DNA of 64,000 nt from Tricharina praecox (Eukaryota), in the NCBI RefSeq assembly GCF_024521635.1, contig NW_026250415.1, positions 806,001-870,000 on the forward strand. Reading direction: 5' to 3'. The notes beneath the pieces are model-generated. The model was not told where the DNA came from, did not search any database, and saw nothing but the letters and a program-made list of their open reading frames with translations. This document shows positions 1 through 13,384 of the stretch, piece after piece. The position numbers and the translations under genes were made by a program. Positions within the stretch are counted from its first letter, which is position 1. Each line of letters opens with the position of its first letter.

Positions 1-3000
1 CGTTCGTTCAGTCCAGTCGAGTCTCGTTCAGAGAGATGATGCGCTCGCTCTTCTGGTCGCAACGGGAGTGGGCCGTTATCTATCATCCCCGAGAAGAGAA
101 GCCTTGTATTCCACTATGCAGACAGACATACATCATGCAGTGTCGGAACTTGCTCTCTTCTACATATCTGCCTTGTCTGGTGCTCGTGGTGCTCGTGGTG
201 CTCTGTACCTACTCTATTCTACCCGCGCGAGTCAACTGCCAACGGGATAGCCCCCGATTGATAGCTAGATGCCATAGCTAGAATCGTAAAATTCAGCAAG
301 TGCAGCGTTAATCCCGTATCGGCAAGCATGACTGCGGTACTTAGGTGGTTACTCTAGCCCTGCAACACGACGGCGGTAACCTCTTCACTGCAATATCTAG
401 GAGATTAATACCTCCATCAGGACAAGCTGTATCGTCGGTCGCGCGCATAGGGACATGCTCAGCTAATTGTTGCTGAAGTCATGACAGAGGTTGTCTGAGT
501 GTAAAAAGCTTGTACCATGGCACTACACTGCACTGATCGTCTGTTAAATGGGTATAGGATAGAGTAGATAGATGTTTGGCGAACCCCGATACCGTTTGCA
601 TGGTTGGATTATCCGGAACTTGTTGTTGGCCTTCTTCTGTCTGTCCGTCCTTCGTCTTCGGCCCGACCATACCGGTAGACCTTGTCACGGTTCGTACCTA
701 GCATTCCTATGCGAGAGTGGTCGTGACGAGACCCAATCCTACATACCTCAGTCACTCGAGACGACCATTCGGATTTGCATGCGACGACCATTCACCTCAT
801 TGGTGACTTCAGTTCCTGACCTGGGTACATGCCCAAGTTTCAACTCCTCCTCCTCCTCCATTGGACCCCACCTCCAACAACTCGTTAATTGGGGCCTAGG
901 TACTCTATTTGAGTACTTGCAGGTCCAAGAGCAAGTACATACGACTGCCAGAGCGGAAACACCTTGGAATACCGGTACTCTGTGGCCTCAGTGCCTCACA
1001 TTACCACCGAACGACACTTCAAGAGGTGTAGGTACCAGTTTACTGAACGAAGGCAATTCACAGGTGCAGATGTCTCATCCAACGCAGAACCCGATTACAG
1101 GCGGCTATGTAGAGTATCGACGTCCTCCCCGACGCCGCTTTCATCATCGCATGCCGTCATGTGGTGGTGGTTGACGATCTCGAGCAACCACCGATGATGC
1201 ACATGGCGAATATCGAGAAAGGCAAGGAGACAGCTATGGAGCGAGAAGTTGGAACCGTTGTGACTTCTGTCGGCCTTGAGGCTCTGGTTACAGTGTACCG
1301 GTAACTGAATCACTGCGCACGTATGTACCACATTTACATGTATCGTACTCGGCTACCTACCGCATCATCACGATTATTTGCGCACGCTTACTACCGTACG
1401 TCCGCTTACCTACGAGGCACCTACCACTCGAGCCGCGTTGTTAAGCTTCAACCTGTCAGCTCTCCGTTACATATGTCATATGTTCGAGAAAACACTTCCC
1501 GCCGCCGTTGGTCGTCGCATCATGTGCCACGGACCGTCCGTTCATTACACGCGTCCGGTGGTACGTAAGTGAACACGCAGTGACAAAGTGGACCACGTAC
1601 ATACGGTACTCTCAGGGCATACACAGCACACGGAGGACGTGGAAGGCATGGCTGAACACGTCTGATGGACAGCTGCGTTTCGCAGTAGAGTGCTTTCTCA
1701 ACTATTCCTTCCAAACTCTCAATTCTCGAACGCCCCATCCTCATCTCTCTCTGTTCTCTCGATGCACCACCGTCTATCACTCACTCACTCGCGGCGCTAC
1801 TCCAAACGCCCACCCCCCCCCCCCCCCCCATCCCTGTCCAGAAAAAAAACAGAAAAACGAAATAAAAAAGAAGCCCCCAGCAAACTAACGCAACTTCGGA
1901 AGCGAAGCCCTGAACCGTCTTGACTTTCCTGCCCCTGCAGGAGAAGACCGACCGACCGACCCCCCGACCGACCGACCCCCCGACCGACGCCCCCCCCCGA
2001 CCACGTCCACCCACGACTCCACGTGCACCCGGAAAAATATTCGCGAACACCATCTGCTACGGTACTACTACTACTGCTATGCTAGGTAGTATGTATGGTA
2101 CATACCGGCGACCGCCTCCCCCCTTCACCGGATGTCAGGCATGCAGAAATTCGTACAGTACATACGGTACCGTAGTACCTGGCGGTTTCATAACTGCCAG
2201 ATGAAGGAACCTTCCGTATCTTCTTCTGGACGGAGTACTCTACATACATAATGTAACAATTGTACATAACCATCGTAATCGTAACCAGCGTAGCCACGCA
2301 TCGCACGAATACCTCAGCCTCAGCACCTCAGCACCTCAGCCTCAGCCTCAGCAGCAGCCTCAGCAACAGGGCGCAACGGCGAGACGACGCTCGGCTCATC
2401 GGAGCTCACTCGGGCGCGCGGTACGTGCGTGCGCGATGCAAGGTGCGGGAAGGTGGATCGCCGTCATTTCGTTCCCCCCCGGCCCCCGGCACCGGCTCGG
2501 GATATTTGTGTGTACTGGTACGTGGAGTACTCTACGGTGTATGTAGGTAGTCCGAGGGAGGGAGGGTGGGTGGGTGGGGGTGGTATCAGAGTACCCGAGT
2601 GCCTGTGATACGTGCTTACCAGAGTACAATACATGCTGCGCCGACATCCGCCGTCCAGATGTCCTATGTACGTGCGATCAACACGAGGAAACAAAACAAA
2701 ACAACCCAGCGAAAGTCAGAGTGCATACATACTACAATCGTATTCCAAGAGCCATCCCTCACGTTTGGACACATACCGTACCTACCGCAGTAGGTGGGTC
2801 CTTCGCTGTGCACGACACGACACGAAACAACACGACAGCACGGCGCAGCCATGTATCATGTCCTGCGTATCTTATGTAAGTACGTACTCTGGAGTACCAG
2901 GTAGTACTTGGGTACTTGGGTATGTAGAGTAGACATGTAGAGTGTGTACTGCGCCTCTGCCCAACGATCAGACCGTTCCTTCCCCCCCTCTCCTCCGCCC

Positions 3001-4584
3001 CTCCCCCGGTATAGGAGCGTGCTGCAGTACGATACGACAGCAGTACTCTACGTAAGATGGAACGTCTAGAAGTTCTTGATTGCAATATGGCCCCCCGTGT
3101 GAACACACGGTACCGTAGCTACCGTAGCTATTACATCTTACATCATACACACGACCGGCCAGTACCCCGCCAACGCCGTACCTACTCTACATACATCCAC
3201 ATACTCTACATGTATACATACCTGAGTACCAGTACTTACTTTCCTAGACTCCTAGCCATACCCCCCCCCCCCCCCCCCCCGCATGTACGCCCGGCAGCAC
3301 ATACCACAGCCCGATGGAACCTCGACTTCTACATTCATTATATGTATACTCGGAGTCTCGGAGGTGGGACTGAGACTGAGACGTCGCTGGCAGCGGGCTG
3401 CGGGCTGCGGGCTGCGGCACGTGTACCTACCTTGCAGGGGTTGGGGATTCTTAAAGCTTCCGGTTACTCGACTATTAGTACTTGGTACATCGGCATCGAC
3501 ATCGGCATCGGTCGGCACCTTTTCTGGCCCAACTACATACCGGTACCGCGAAAGCTCTCGCCCCGGCTTTTTTTTGTTCATCCATTGATTGCGTGCGACT
3601 CATCTAGGTCATGGCAATAACTACCCGTTCGCCACCAGCTCTCGCCCTGGCAGGAGACTCAACAGCCACGACGAAGCCGAGTCGAGTCGAGTGACGGTCC
3701 GTGTCCGTGTCCGTGTCAGTATCCGTGTCAGTGATAGTATCCGTGTCCGTGTCAGCATCCGTGTTCGTGTCCGTGTGGACTGCGTTTCCACATCCGCATG
3801 GTACGATGGACTCTATTCACGAGCTTCTGCGTCTGCGTATGTGCTCAAGGGGGCATATTGAACTGGCGAGGTTCTGGAAAGCTGTTGGGTGGGTGGCTGG
3901 GGGTTTCGTCCGAAAGTGCTGGTGGATTGGACTCGGGATGGCTGTGCGGTTGCTTTGGATTTCTATGTACATACATGTATATACATAATGAACGTCTACT
4001 GAACTACTATCGATCTTTTCCACTGCACTCCGTCTCGGTGTATCTGACACGGTGCTTATCGACGTCCTTCAGCACGCACAGAGGTGGAGAAGCGGCTGGG
4101 CCCATAGACCATAGTTACATACTGCACATATTTCATTCCGCTTCCAGCGTCTAAACTTCAAAGTCTCATTCCCCACCGAATCCTCAGGCTGTGTAGATAC
4201 CTTCCGCTCACTGGCTGGAGCAGCAGGCAGTCCCACCGCCGCCAGATACCCACCGTAACTCGAGAAGCACCGTACGGAAGCAGGTGACTTCGTAGCCGGT
4301 GCCGCCAGTATTGCGAGGCCTCGTTGATTTGGACTTGAGTGCCCATGCCCATGCCCATGCCTCTGCCCTCACATGGACCGTGATACGGCTCACAGGCATC
4401 GTCTGAATACTTCGTGAAGACAGACAAGAACCCGCAAGCTGCATCTCGCAGGGCTGCATCTCACAGTCACGGCACTCGAGATGAAGAAGTCCAAAGACAA
4501 GTGAAAACCCCAATCCCATCAATTGTAAAGTCAAGTCAAGTCGAGTGTATCAAAATAGAGCTTCCCATTAACCAACCATCAACC

Positions 4585-5155
4585 ATCGTCATCTTGGTTT
4601 TCCGCCATCAGATCAATCCTGTAAAAAAAAGGCCCCCCGTTACATGCAATTGAGAACCCGAAAATACCGCCCCAGATCATCAGCAGAAACGCCCCACATC
4701 TTCTTGGTTTTCCGCCATCATGTTCGTCATGTCCATCCTGTAAAAAAAAACCCCCGCCCCCCGTTACATGCAATGAGAACCCGGAACCCGAAAAGACCGC
4801 GCAAGATCAACAGCAGAAATAGCCACACGAACGAACGAAACAAATCAGCAAGAACATAGAACTGAAGAACCATCACCCCTTGCCTTGGTGCGTGTATGAC
4901 AGACAAATCAAACGAGAAAGAAAAAAAACGAGACATCGGAAAGTCTCGAAGATTATCCTGTAGTAATTGGGCATATCTTGGGATGATCTGGAGAAAACAG
5001 CAAAGGAACTCCGAACCATAGCCATGGAAATTGCAAATCAAATGCCGGAAAAAGAAGCAACAGTAAAACCGATCTGGAGAAAACAGCAGAGGAACCATAG
5101 CCATGGAAATTCGCAAATCAAATGCGGGAAAAGAAGCAACCGTAAAACCGTAAAA
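4585..5155. repeat. Two imperfect tandem duplications (about 110 bp and about 85 bp units) downstream of the orphan gene
   Basis: tcttggttttccgccatca...tcctgtaaaaaaaa...ccccgttacatgcaat.gagaacccg occurs at about 4590 and 4700; gatctggagaaaacagca...ccatagccatggaaatt..caaatcaaatgc..gaaaagaagcaac occurs at about 4985 and 5071. Confidence 0.85.
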
Positions 5156-5442
5156 CTTTGAAGGTGTAGTAGGTGTAGTAGGTAGGTATTTCGAAATCGT
5201 CAGAAAAGATGCAACAACACAATCATGGGAAAATTCCAGAACACCGAGCCCATCCATGCCAACCCGAATTCGTGGCAGAAGGAAGAGGGGAAAAAAGAGA
5301 AGAAAGCCGAAAAGGTCATCAATCGTGAAATTCGAGGTCACCGAGCCCATCCGTGCCGATGCGAATCCGTGCCACAAACGTAGAGGAAAAAAAAGAGGGA
5401 AACTGAAAATGTCGTCCGTAGATCGTCCGTGTTGACCCGCCG

Positions 5443-6791
5443 TTACTCCAAGGCGGCAGAGTCGCAGCCCACTCCGAATTCCTTCCGGAACTCCTTCTTC
5501 ATCTTCTCCAGCTCTCGTTCCATCTTGAGCAGTTTGATGGCCAAAGCCTTCTTGCCACCCTTCAGCACGGATCCGGAGTCGGAGAGCGACTCCGGATCCG
5601 TGCTGGCCCGAGCCCTACGAGCCTTCTTCCGTACGGGGCGATCGGCCCCCGAAATCTTCTTGCGTTTGCCTGCGGCATCCTTCTTTCCAGCAGCATCCTT
5701 CTTGCCAGCAGCAACCTTCTTGCCAGCGGCACCCTTCTTGCCAGCGGCAACCCTTTTCCCGGCCGCAACATCTTCCTCCGGGAAACCCGCACCGTGTCCA
5801 AAGACCTTGGTCTCGCGAACGACGAGCCAGTAGGACATATCCTCGGGCACCTCGGAGCCGTTGAAATTCTTCCAGACATTTGCTTGCCGCTGGAGTTGCT
5901 TCTTCGCAATCTTGAGGGCTTCCTCGTGAAATCTCTCCCGGTCATGGGACTTCTTGATAGCCCTAAGGCCAGCAGCTGCAATGTCGTCACGATATTGACG
6001 ACGGAATTTCTTCCACGTTTTGTGGTCCTTAGACCTCGCCAGGTTCAACTTCTGCCGCAGCTGGGCAAAGTTCCACGTCCTATACTTGATGCTCTTCTGG
6101 TCAGGACGTGTGGCAGGCAAGTTGGAGCCGGGGCCATCTTCTTCAGCAGCGCCAGGCACCTTGTTGATGGTGGGAACCGGGGCACCAGTCAAAATGTGGT
6201 ACCGGGAGTAAACCTCCTGAAGGAACACATGGAAGAAGCTGTGACCCTTATTCACAGCGACAAACTTCACTCCAGCTGCTTCGCAGCTAGGTATGTCTTC
6301 CAATGCTAGTCAGCTTCTACTCAAACCAAAGTAGATATTTTATACAACATACCTTGGACTTCAATCTGAGTCCGGCTTTTCTGGTCCTCGGCGGCACTCA
6401 GCCACACCAGATTGTTCGTGACCATCGCTCGCTCCCATGCGAACGTGTCGCTTACCCGCTCCTTGATTTTATCGTCCCCTTTGGTGTACATGTCGCTGAT
6501 GATGATCTCTCGCCAGCGAAGCTCAGCGGCCTCATCAACCCGCTCCTCGACACCTTCGAGGACCTCGCGGAGGTTCTTCTCCTCCGTGTGCCAGTTCCTG
6601 GCTTCGTGTTCGTCGTCGTCACCTAAGGCTTCAGATGAAGCCACGCTGTCGCCGGCGTACTTCGCCGGATCAAAGCCAAATTCATCCGCCGCTCGGAGTC
6701 GGCCGAGGAGTTCTTGATCCAACTCCTCCTCTGGAAGTTGGCCGAGGAGCTCTTGAACCTCCTCCTCCTCTGCGAGCTGGTGTTCCGTCAT
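5443..6791 (-). CDS. Orphan 433-aa protein: acidic N-terminus, Lys/Arg-rich C-terminus with six AAGK(K/R) repeats; 2 exons
   Basis: ORFs 6321-6791 and 5443-6303 join in frame across a 47-nt intron at 6352-6306 (GTATGT...GCTGACTAG): ..EVQ-A-LED..; 1302 nt of coding sequence. No recognised domain. Confidence 0.75.
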
Positions 6792-7803
6792 TTTATCGGG
6801 TGGATTAAGTCAAGAAGAAGAAAGGGCAAAGGAGGGAATGAAGTCGAGAAGGGATGAGATGGAGTTATTTCGGGTTAGGCGAGGTGGTTAGAGAAGGTGT
6901 GTGGTAATGGATGAAAAGGAGAGGGAGAGGAGAGGGAAAGGGAGAAGGAGAGGACGGGAGGAGAGAGAAGAGTAGGAGGGTAGTGAACGGCCGAAAAGGG
7001 AAGCAGTTGCAGTAGTCGCCCGCACCGTCACTCGGTTTTGAATTTCAGCCACTTCGACCCGTTTCACCTTTACACCGTTGGGGCAGTAGGGCGCCGCATC
7101 GGACTGGTCGGTACCGGGGCTTTCACCTCGACTGGCCAGGGCGGGCAGGAAAAAGAGTGCGTTGGTTCGCCATAGTCTACATAGGCTGTATGCGAAATAA
7201 AAAAGGAAGACCTCTCTGTTTACACCGTTGTACCCAAGGCGGTCACTTCTCTGAGAAAACATCAAGAAGCAAACATGAAGTAACAAAGAAATGTTTGCTT
7301 TGAGTTCACATGTAGAAAATATATATAGATATAGGTACATGTATGCATTTTCTGGTTCATATTTTTTGTTTTGCTTCGTCATCGTAGCATTCGACCTTTG
7401 CAGATCATGGCTGTATATACCCAGTTCCGCCCCACTGTCTCCGACCGCTGGCCGAGAGCTCGATGTGGGTTTCCTATTGCCCTCTGGTTCATATTCTCCA
7501 GGCTTGGAATGAGTCTCCAATCACGCACGGTGAGGTGGGGATGACAGTGACTACTATTGTCGAGGTGCGATCTTATACGCTGTACGAAATTACCTATCAG
7601 TGGAATGGCCTTTTGAACTCTTCCGTGCTGAAAGGATCTTGACGTTGGCTGTTGGATATGGATCCACCTGGATCGATGATATACGAGATCCGAGAGAGCC
7701 TGCCGTCGATTCCATCTCGTATTTGACAGCGCAAGAGAGGAAATATGCACCCGTGCTAGCTGAGTAGGATAAGGCAGTTTATTACTGTGGTAGAAATGAA
7801 ACT

Positions 7804-9395
7804 TTACTCAAGAACCGCCAGCATCTCCTCCTCGCTCACAAACTTCTCCCTCTCCTTGCCCGTCCGTGCCCCCCGCGCCTTCTCTGCAGCATCAATCTTC
7901 CGCCACTCCTCCCAGCTAACCGGCCTCATTCCCCTCGCTTTCGCCTCTACGCTGACCGCGGCCCAGCCCTGTTTTCTCTCGTCACCTGCATTCATAAACT
8001 CGCGCTCTCCCGTGATCCAGTCATTGACGATTGCATCCGCCGTCTCGAATGCATCATACATGGTGCTGGCAATCACGCCCGTGGGACCCCGTTTTACCCA
8101 GCCACTGGTGTATACTCCAGGCACAACCTCTCCGCGATCGTCGGGGTTGGAACCGGGTTTTACGACCCTTCCGTCTTCGTTTGGTACAAGTCCACGTCTG
8201 GTATTGAATGGAATTCCAGCCTCGTCGAAGCCGGGGATCGGCTCGGAGAGGTATCCGATGCTGCGGAACGCGATATCCGCACGGCTTTCTTCGTATTCCC
8301 CGGTAGGGTGCACTCGCGATGTGGGGGAGAAAGCCGGTTCCTCCAAGAGTGTCCTCTCCAGACGTATTGCGCCCAGTCTCGTAGAGTCGCTGGTAGAAGG
8401 CAGAAAGGCGGAGGGTGAACGGAGGAAGTTTAATTCCCAATGTTTCTGCGCCTCCGAGAATGGTGTCTTTGATCCTTTCTCAAGAATCTGTAGGATACGC
8501 TTCTGCTGTCGAGATAGCTTACCGGTGTCCTGCGGAAGCAGTGAGGGATCCACCCCCGGAAATCCAATCCCAGGAATTGAAAGCATCTCTCGAAGCTCTT
8601 TCGCCGTGAACGCCGCTTGTAGTGGTCCTCGCCGTCCCACCACCCTCACACGTTTGACTCGACTGCGCGATAGTGCATCTACCGCTTGTTCCGTGATATC
8701 CGTCTTCCGAAGCACGTCGACGGAAGAGAGGAGGATCCGCGCCACATCCAGTGCAACATTGCCTTGCCCGATGATCACCGCCTCCTCCGCCGAATCGAGA
8801 AACAACTTCGATTCAAAGTTTGCATATTCCGGTAGACCATTGTACCAGCCTACAAAAGCGCGGGCGGAGAAGATACCCCTCAGACTGTCTTCGCCGGGAA
8901 TGCCGAGTTTGCGATCCTTCGAAGCTCCGTAGGACAGAAGCAGTGCGTCGTAATGTGGGGTTATCGCCGAGAGCGGAAGGGACCGGTGGGGTGGATGCGG
9001 CCACGATGTGCCGATTGGTGTATTTCCAATGTATGTGAACCGCGGGGAAGACGCTACTTCGTCGAATTTATCTTGACAGTTCTATTGCGCCTTGATCTCA
9101 GTCAGGGCGGAGTTGGCATGGAAAGACTACAGGTGCATACCTTGACTTCAGGATGATCCGGGGCCACTCCGAAGCGTACAAGACCATATGGCACCGGGAG
9201 CGATTCGTACATGTCGACATGCGCATTGGTGAGCTTGTTGAGGACGCGGTAAGAGGTGTAGAAACCGGCAGGACCGGCACCGATCACGGCCAGGCGCAAA
9301 GGCCGGTCAGTTCGCTTGGATTGCTCTGTTATGGTAGAATAGCACCTTGATCGTGCGAGCCAAGGCAGTATCCGAGAGGGGCGTAGGGGGGTCAT
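7804..9395 (-). CDS. ARH1: Mitochondrial NADPH:adrenodoxin (ferredoxin) oxidoreductase
   Basis: Arg-rich presequence MTPLRPSR.., VIGAGPAGFY FAD motif, YGLVRFGVAPDHPEVK, GQGNVALDVAR NADP motif, GWVKRGPTGVI; intron 9140-9082 restores the frame. Confidence 0.95.
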
Positions 9396-9557
9396 GGTGG
9401 GGGGAGTTGTAGATTTCGTTGGCGGGCTGTGACACAGAGATGAAGTGCATTTTAAGAATCGGCTGGAGCCGCCAACGTCATCCAGGGTCCCTCCGGCCCA
9501 TCCGCTGCAACTCCCGCCAACTACCCAGACACCTTGGGAAGATTTCCAACGCTTCCT

Positions 9558-11065
9558 ATGCACCCCAGAAGTCCCTATGTCGCCTATGTTGATTTCAGAA
9601 AGCTTGGACAAGAATGTCCCGGATTCGCGCCATAGTAGGCTGCCTTTTCCTTCAATTGGATGCGACAGCTGAGCTGAACGCGTCTCACTAGTGTGAACGC
9701 GAACTCCAATGTCGACTTCAGGAATCCAGCGGCTGTGAGGTATCTCTTGCTACTCCTCCTCTAAACTCATCGATTGGTCCCAATGGCTGAAATTGATAGG
9801 GAACTTGCGAAGAGCCTTCTGGCACGTGACTTTGGTCTCACGGTGGAGCTCCCGGAGGACCGCCTGTGTCCCATGATTCCAAACCGGTACGATATCGCAC
9901 AAGCCGCCACTGCCTCCCGAGTACGTCTGGACTGACACACTTCTGAAGCTTAGACTACATCCTCTGGATTCAGGACCTAATCGATTCGACCAGCTGCGAC
10001 CTGACCAGCGAGTCCAACCCATCGTCTCCAGTAACCGGTCTAGATGTGTAATCCTCCCACTCCCGGCGACCCAATGATTGTGCGCTAAGTATTTTGAACA
10101 GCGGGACAGGAGCGAGTTGTATTTACCCCCTTTTGGGTTGCACCTTACGACCGTCCTGGCGTTTCATAGCTACCGATGTCGACCACGACTCCCTCCAGAG
10201 CGCGAGTTGTAACATTACCGCGAATGCCGTTCTCCTTGGTGACCGCATCCAGCTCCATGAAACCGGCGTCGAATGGCCACTATTCTCCCTCGATACGCTG
10301 GGGATAGAAAACATCGACTTCACCATGTGCAACCCGCCTTTCTACACCTCCACTACCGCGCTCGCCGAATCTGCCGCGAAGAAAGCCCTTCCGCCATCCT
10401 CGGCATGTACTGGGACACCCACAGAAATGGTTTATACCCCCACGGGCGAAGTAGGCTTCGCCAAGCGAATGCTGCAAGAATCCATCGTTCTGGGCACACG
10501 CATCCGCTGGTATACCACGCTCTTCGGCAAGCTTTCTAGCGTGTCCACATTCGTATCTGAACTCCGGACCATCCCGCAGCTGGGTGAGTCTGGAAACTGG
10601 GCAGTCACCGAGATGGTACAGGGCACTACTAGACGCTGGGCGGTGGCATGGAGCTTTGGAGACCGCAAACCGCTCCCTGGGGGACGGCCAGCTGCACTGA
10701 AGGGGTGCTTCCCGTCGGTGCCGTCGGAGTTGGAATTCGGCGTGGATAGAAGCTACGAGGAGGTGTGTGGGGAGGTCATGGTGTTGCTTGCGGGACTGGA
10801 GCTCCTGCAGATCAAACGGGATGGTGGAGAATTTTATGGCGAGGCTAAGGGAAATGTCTGGTCTCGTGCTGCAAGGAGGGCTATGGCGAAGGGATCCATG
10901 GATGCCACTGGCGATGAAGTCAATGTGAGGCTAGGGTTCTTGGTTACGGTCAAGGCTGAGGGGAGGAAGGCGAGTGTTAGAGTTAGGTGGAAGAGGGGCC
11001 GTGATGGAGTGCTGTTCGAGAGTTTTTGCGGTATGGTCAAGAGGAAGCTTCAGTTAGAGAGATAG
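9558..11065 (+). CDS. METTL16/RlmF-family RNA m6A methyltransferase (U6 snRNA methylase-like)
   Basis: MHPRSPY start; spliced [37 protein letters not shown] SAM motif, catalytic MCNPPFY, QGTTRRWAVAWSF; 4 short GT-AG introns between about 9635 and 10101. Confidence 0.93.
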
Positions 11066-11277
11066 TAAGTACCCAAATTGCACATCAAATTTGATATGCC
11101 TCGAGAAATAATATCTGGTGTTTGATTCCGGAGAAGAAAAATGTTTCCTATTATCCAATATCAACAGTGAGGACTGTGCCGTATGGTCCACGGTGATGTT
11201 GATGTGTGAAGTAGGTATCTTGCAATGGTTGGCTCTCATTACGGCGAATCCGGTGGCCGGATGGAGGGGTTGACCGG

Positions 11278-11545
11278 CCAAGGCGAGGTAGACCGCTCAA
11301 GGCGAGGTAGACCGCTCAAGGCGAGGTAGACCGCTCAAGGCTACGCAGACTCACAAGACCAGGTAGACAGCTCAAGGCTACGCAGACTCACAAGACGAAG
11401 CAGACCTCTCAAGACGAAGCAGACCGCTCAAGGCGAGGCAGACCTCTCGAGACGAAGCAGACCGCTCAAGACGAGGCAGACCGCTCAAAGCGAGGTAGGC
11501 CGCTCAAGGCGAGGTAGACACAAGCGGAGGTGTAAGGCTACGCAG
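11278..11545. repeat. Tandem array of about 19-20-bp units (caaggcgaggtagaccgct and variants)
   Basis: Three near-exact copies at 11279-11337, followed by about 10 diverged units (caagacgaagcagacc.ct, caaggctacgcagactca). Confidence 0.9.
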
Positions 11546-12699
11546 ATGCACAAGGCCACCTATCGGCTATCCGGATCTGACTGAGCGCACATGATACGTA
11601 CGTCGACGTCTTGAGCGTGGCCCAACTTGCTGCGATCTGTAGCTTCGAGCCAGGGGGCAATAGATCGTAGAGTAGCAATTAAGCTGCTACCAGTCGCAGT
11701 ACTCACACGGCCGGGAATTTAGGGACACCCTCTTTACCTCCACCCCCTGCAGGTCATTATCTGAGATTGGATCCGTGGCTGAGAATGAGCAGCCAGCCAC
11801 CCTATGTGACGACACTGAGGAAACTACGTTCATCACTCCGAGAAACCCCATATGTACATACATACACCAAGTAGCCCTCGGTTCTTTGATGCTACGAAGA
11901 TTGTCCTGTATCGTGAAGGTGTAAATTCTTGTGCGGCAAATACAAAGCTCTCGTCTACTGCAAAATCCTCTCCTCCGCGGAGGACATTGCCGTTCAAAAT
12001 CAACACGTATACACGGCCAGAAATAAGTGTAGATTAGTGAAAGCTCCCCCGCTTGTTCCATTAGGAATCATAGATCTCTTTACATATTAGTGCCTCAAAC
12101 GGAGCTACACTTTACAGCTATTCCGAGTGATATATACACGGCGGGTGAGTATCCATGACCGATTGATTGATCATGAATGGCCTTAATCTTCGTCTTGAAA
12201 TCGCGGACAGGCGGGAGGTCAAATCGTTACATAGATCCTTCAAGTGATGCCATTACCACGGACTTACAGTCAATTACTTTGCGTGACGTAAACAGGTCAA
12301 CTTTGACCAGGGCCTGAAAGCGGTCGATTGCTCCTGATCAGGCCGCACAAATATTTTGGCCGCTCGAACGTTGCTATCCCAATAGGGACGCCATAGCGAC
12401 TATAAGAACCCCCGTCCGCCCCTTTCTCTTCCTTCTCTTCTTCTCTCCTCCAACACACGCACAATTTTTTTTCAGCCCTCGGTTGGCATTTTCTTTGATG
12501 ATTTTGGTGATGATTCCCAGCAATACGATGCTGAGGTTTGCTAATGGTTTCTCGATCTCTATTGAGTGTATGTCCCTATCTTCTCTCCTTCGTGACTGCT
12601 GCTTCTCATCACCGCTTCTTAGATTTGCTGCTTCTCATCACCGCTGCATCTGCATCTCATTGCCCCCCCTCCCGCTGCTCCTTCCCCTCACTACCTATC

Positions 12700-13180
12700 A
12701 CCTTACGTTCTTTTTTCGTGCCGCTTCTTCTCATTATTGCTTCTGCCCGCTGCTTCCTATCTCTCAATTCATCTTCTAACTCCTGTTTGGTCTTAGATGA
12801 AAGTGACAAGTCTCACCGTCACAACACATCTCCATTGGAGATGCCGAGGGACAAGTCTCGCCGGCATATTACGTTCTCAATTGGTGATGCCGAAGACACT
12901 CGGTATGTGCTGCTTTTTATCATTGTTGCTTCTGCCCGCTGCTTCCCATCTCTCAATCCATCGTCTAACTCCTGTTTGGACTTAAATAAAAGTGACAAGT
13001 CTCGCCGACACATCACATTCTCCATCAGGGATGCCGAGGGACAAGTCTCTCCGCCATGTCTTATTCTCTATTAGAGATGCCGAATGACAAGTCTCGCTGA
13101 CATATTACACTCTCCGGTGGAGATGCCGAGTGACCACTGACAAGTCTCTCCGCCATGTCACATTCTCCATCGGAGATGCC
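12700..13180. repeat. Degenerate tandem repeats (about 45-bp unit gacaagtctc.cc..ca..t.acattctcc.t.ggagatgccga) nested in a larger duplication
   Basis: gacaagtctc recurs at about 12806, 12850, 12994, 13040, 13086 and 13139; cattattgcttctgcccgctgcttcc.atctctcaat..atc.tctaactcctgtttgg occurs at about 12732 and 12921. Confidence 0.8.
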
Positions 13181-13384
13181 GAAGACGACGACTGCCGATT
13201 GGAAACCCGAGAGCACGATGGTTATCAGCAACAAACCGGACCATGAAGAGACACACGAGTTATCGGTTCCCAGCGGGATACACCTAGCGGTCCACGGCAA
13301 TTCTACCTATCGGCACTTTCCCCTCTTTTCTGTCTTTGTATCGTCTTTATACTGTCATACCCCGACTTACCCACGAGGAGCGGG

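Noticed and set aside
572..1174. 200-aa ORF
   Set aside because: No motif, no codon bias and no clear gene structure.
3589..3861. VRVRVS-repeat ORF
   Set aside because: Translation of a (GTGTCC)n-like microsatellite.
7787..8932. Long antisense ORFs (also 14597-15253, 45574-46563, 54155-54907)
   Set aside because: Shadows of GC3-biased real genes on the opposite strand.
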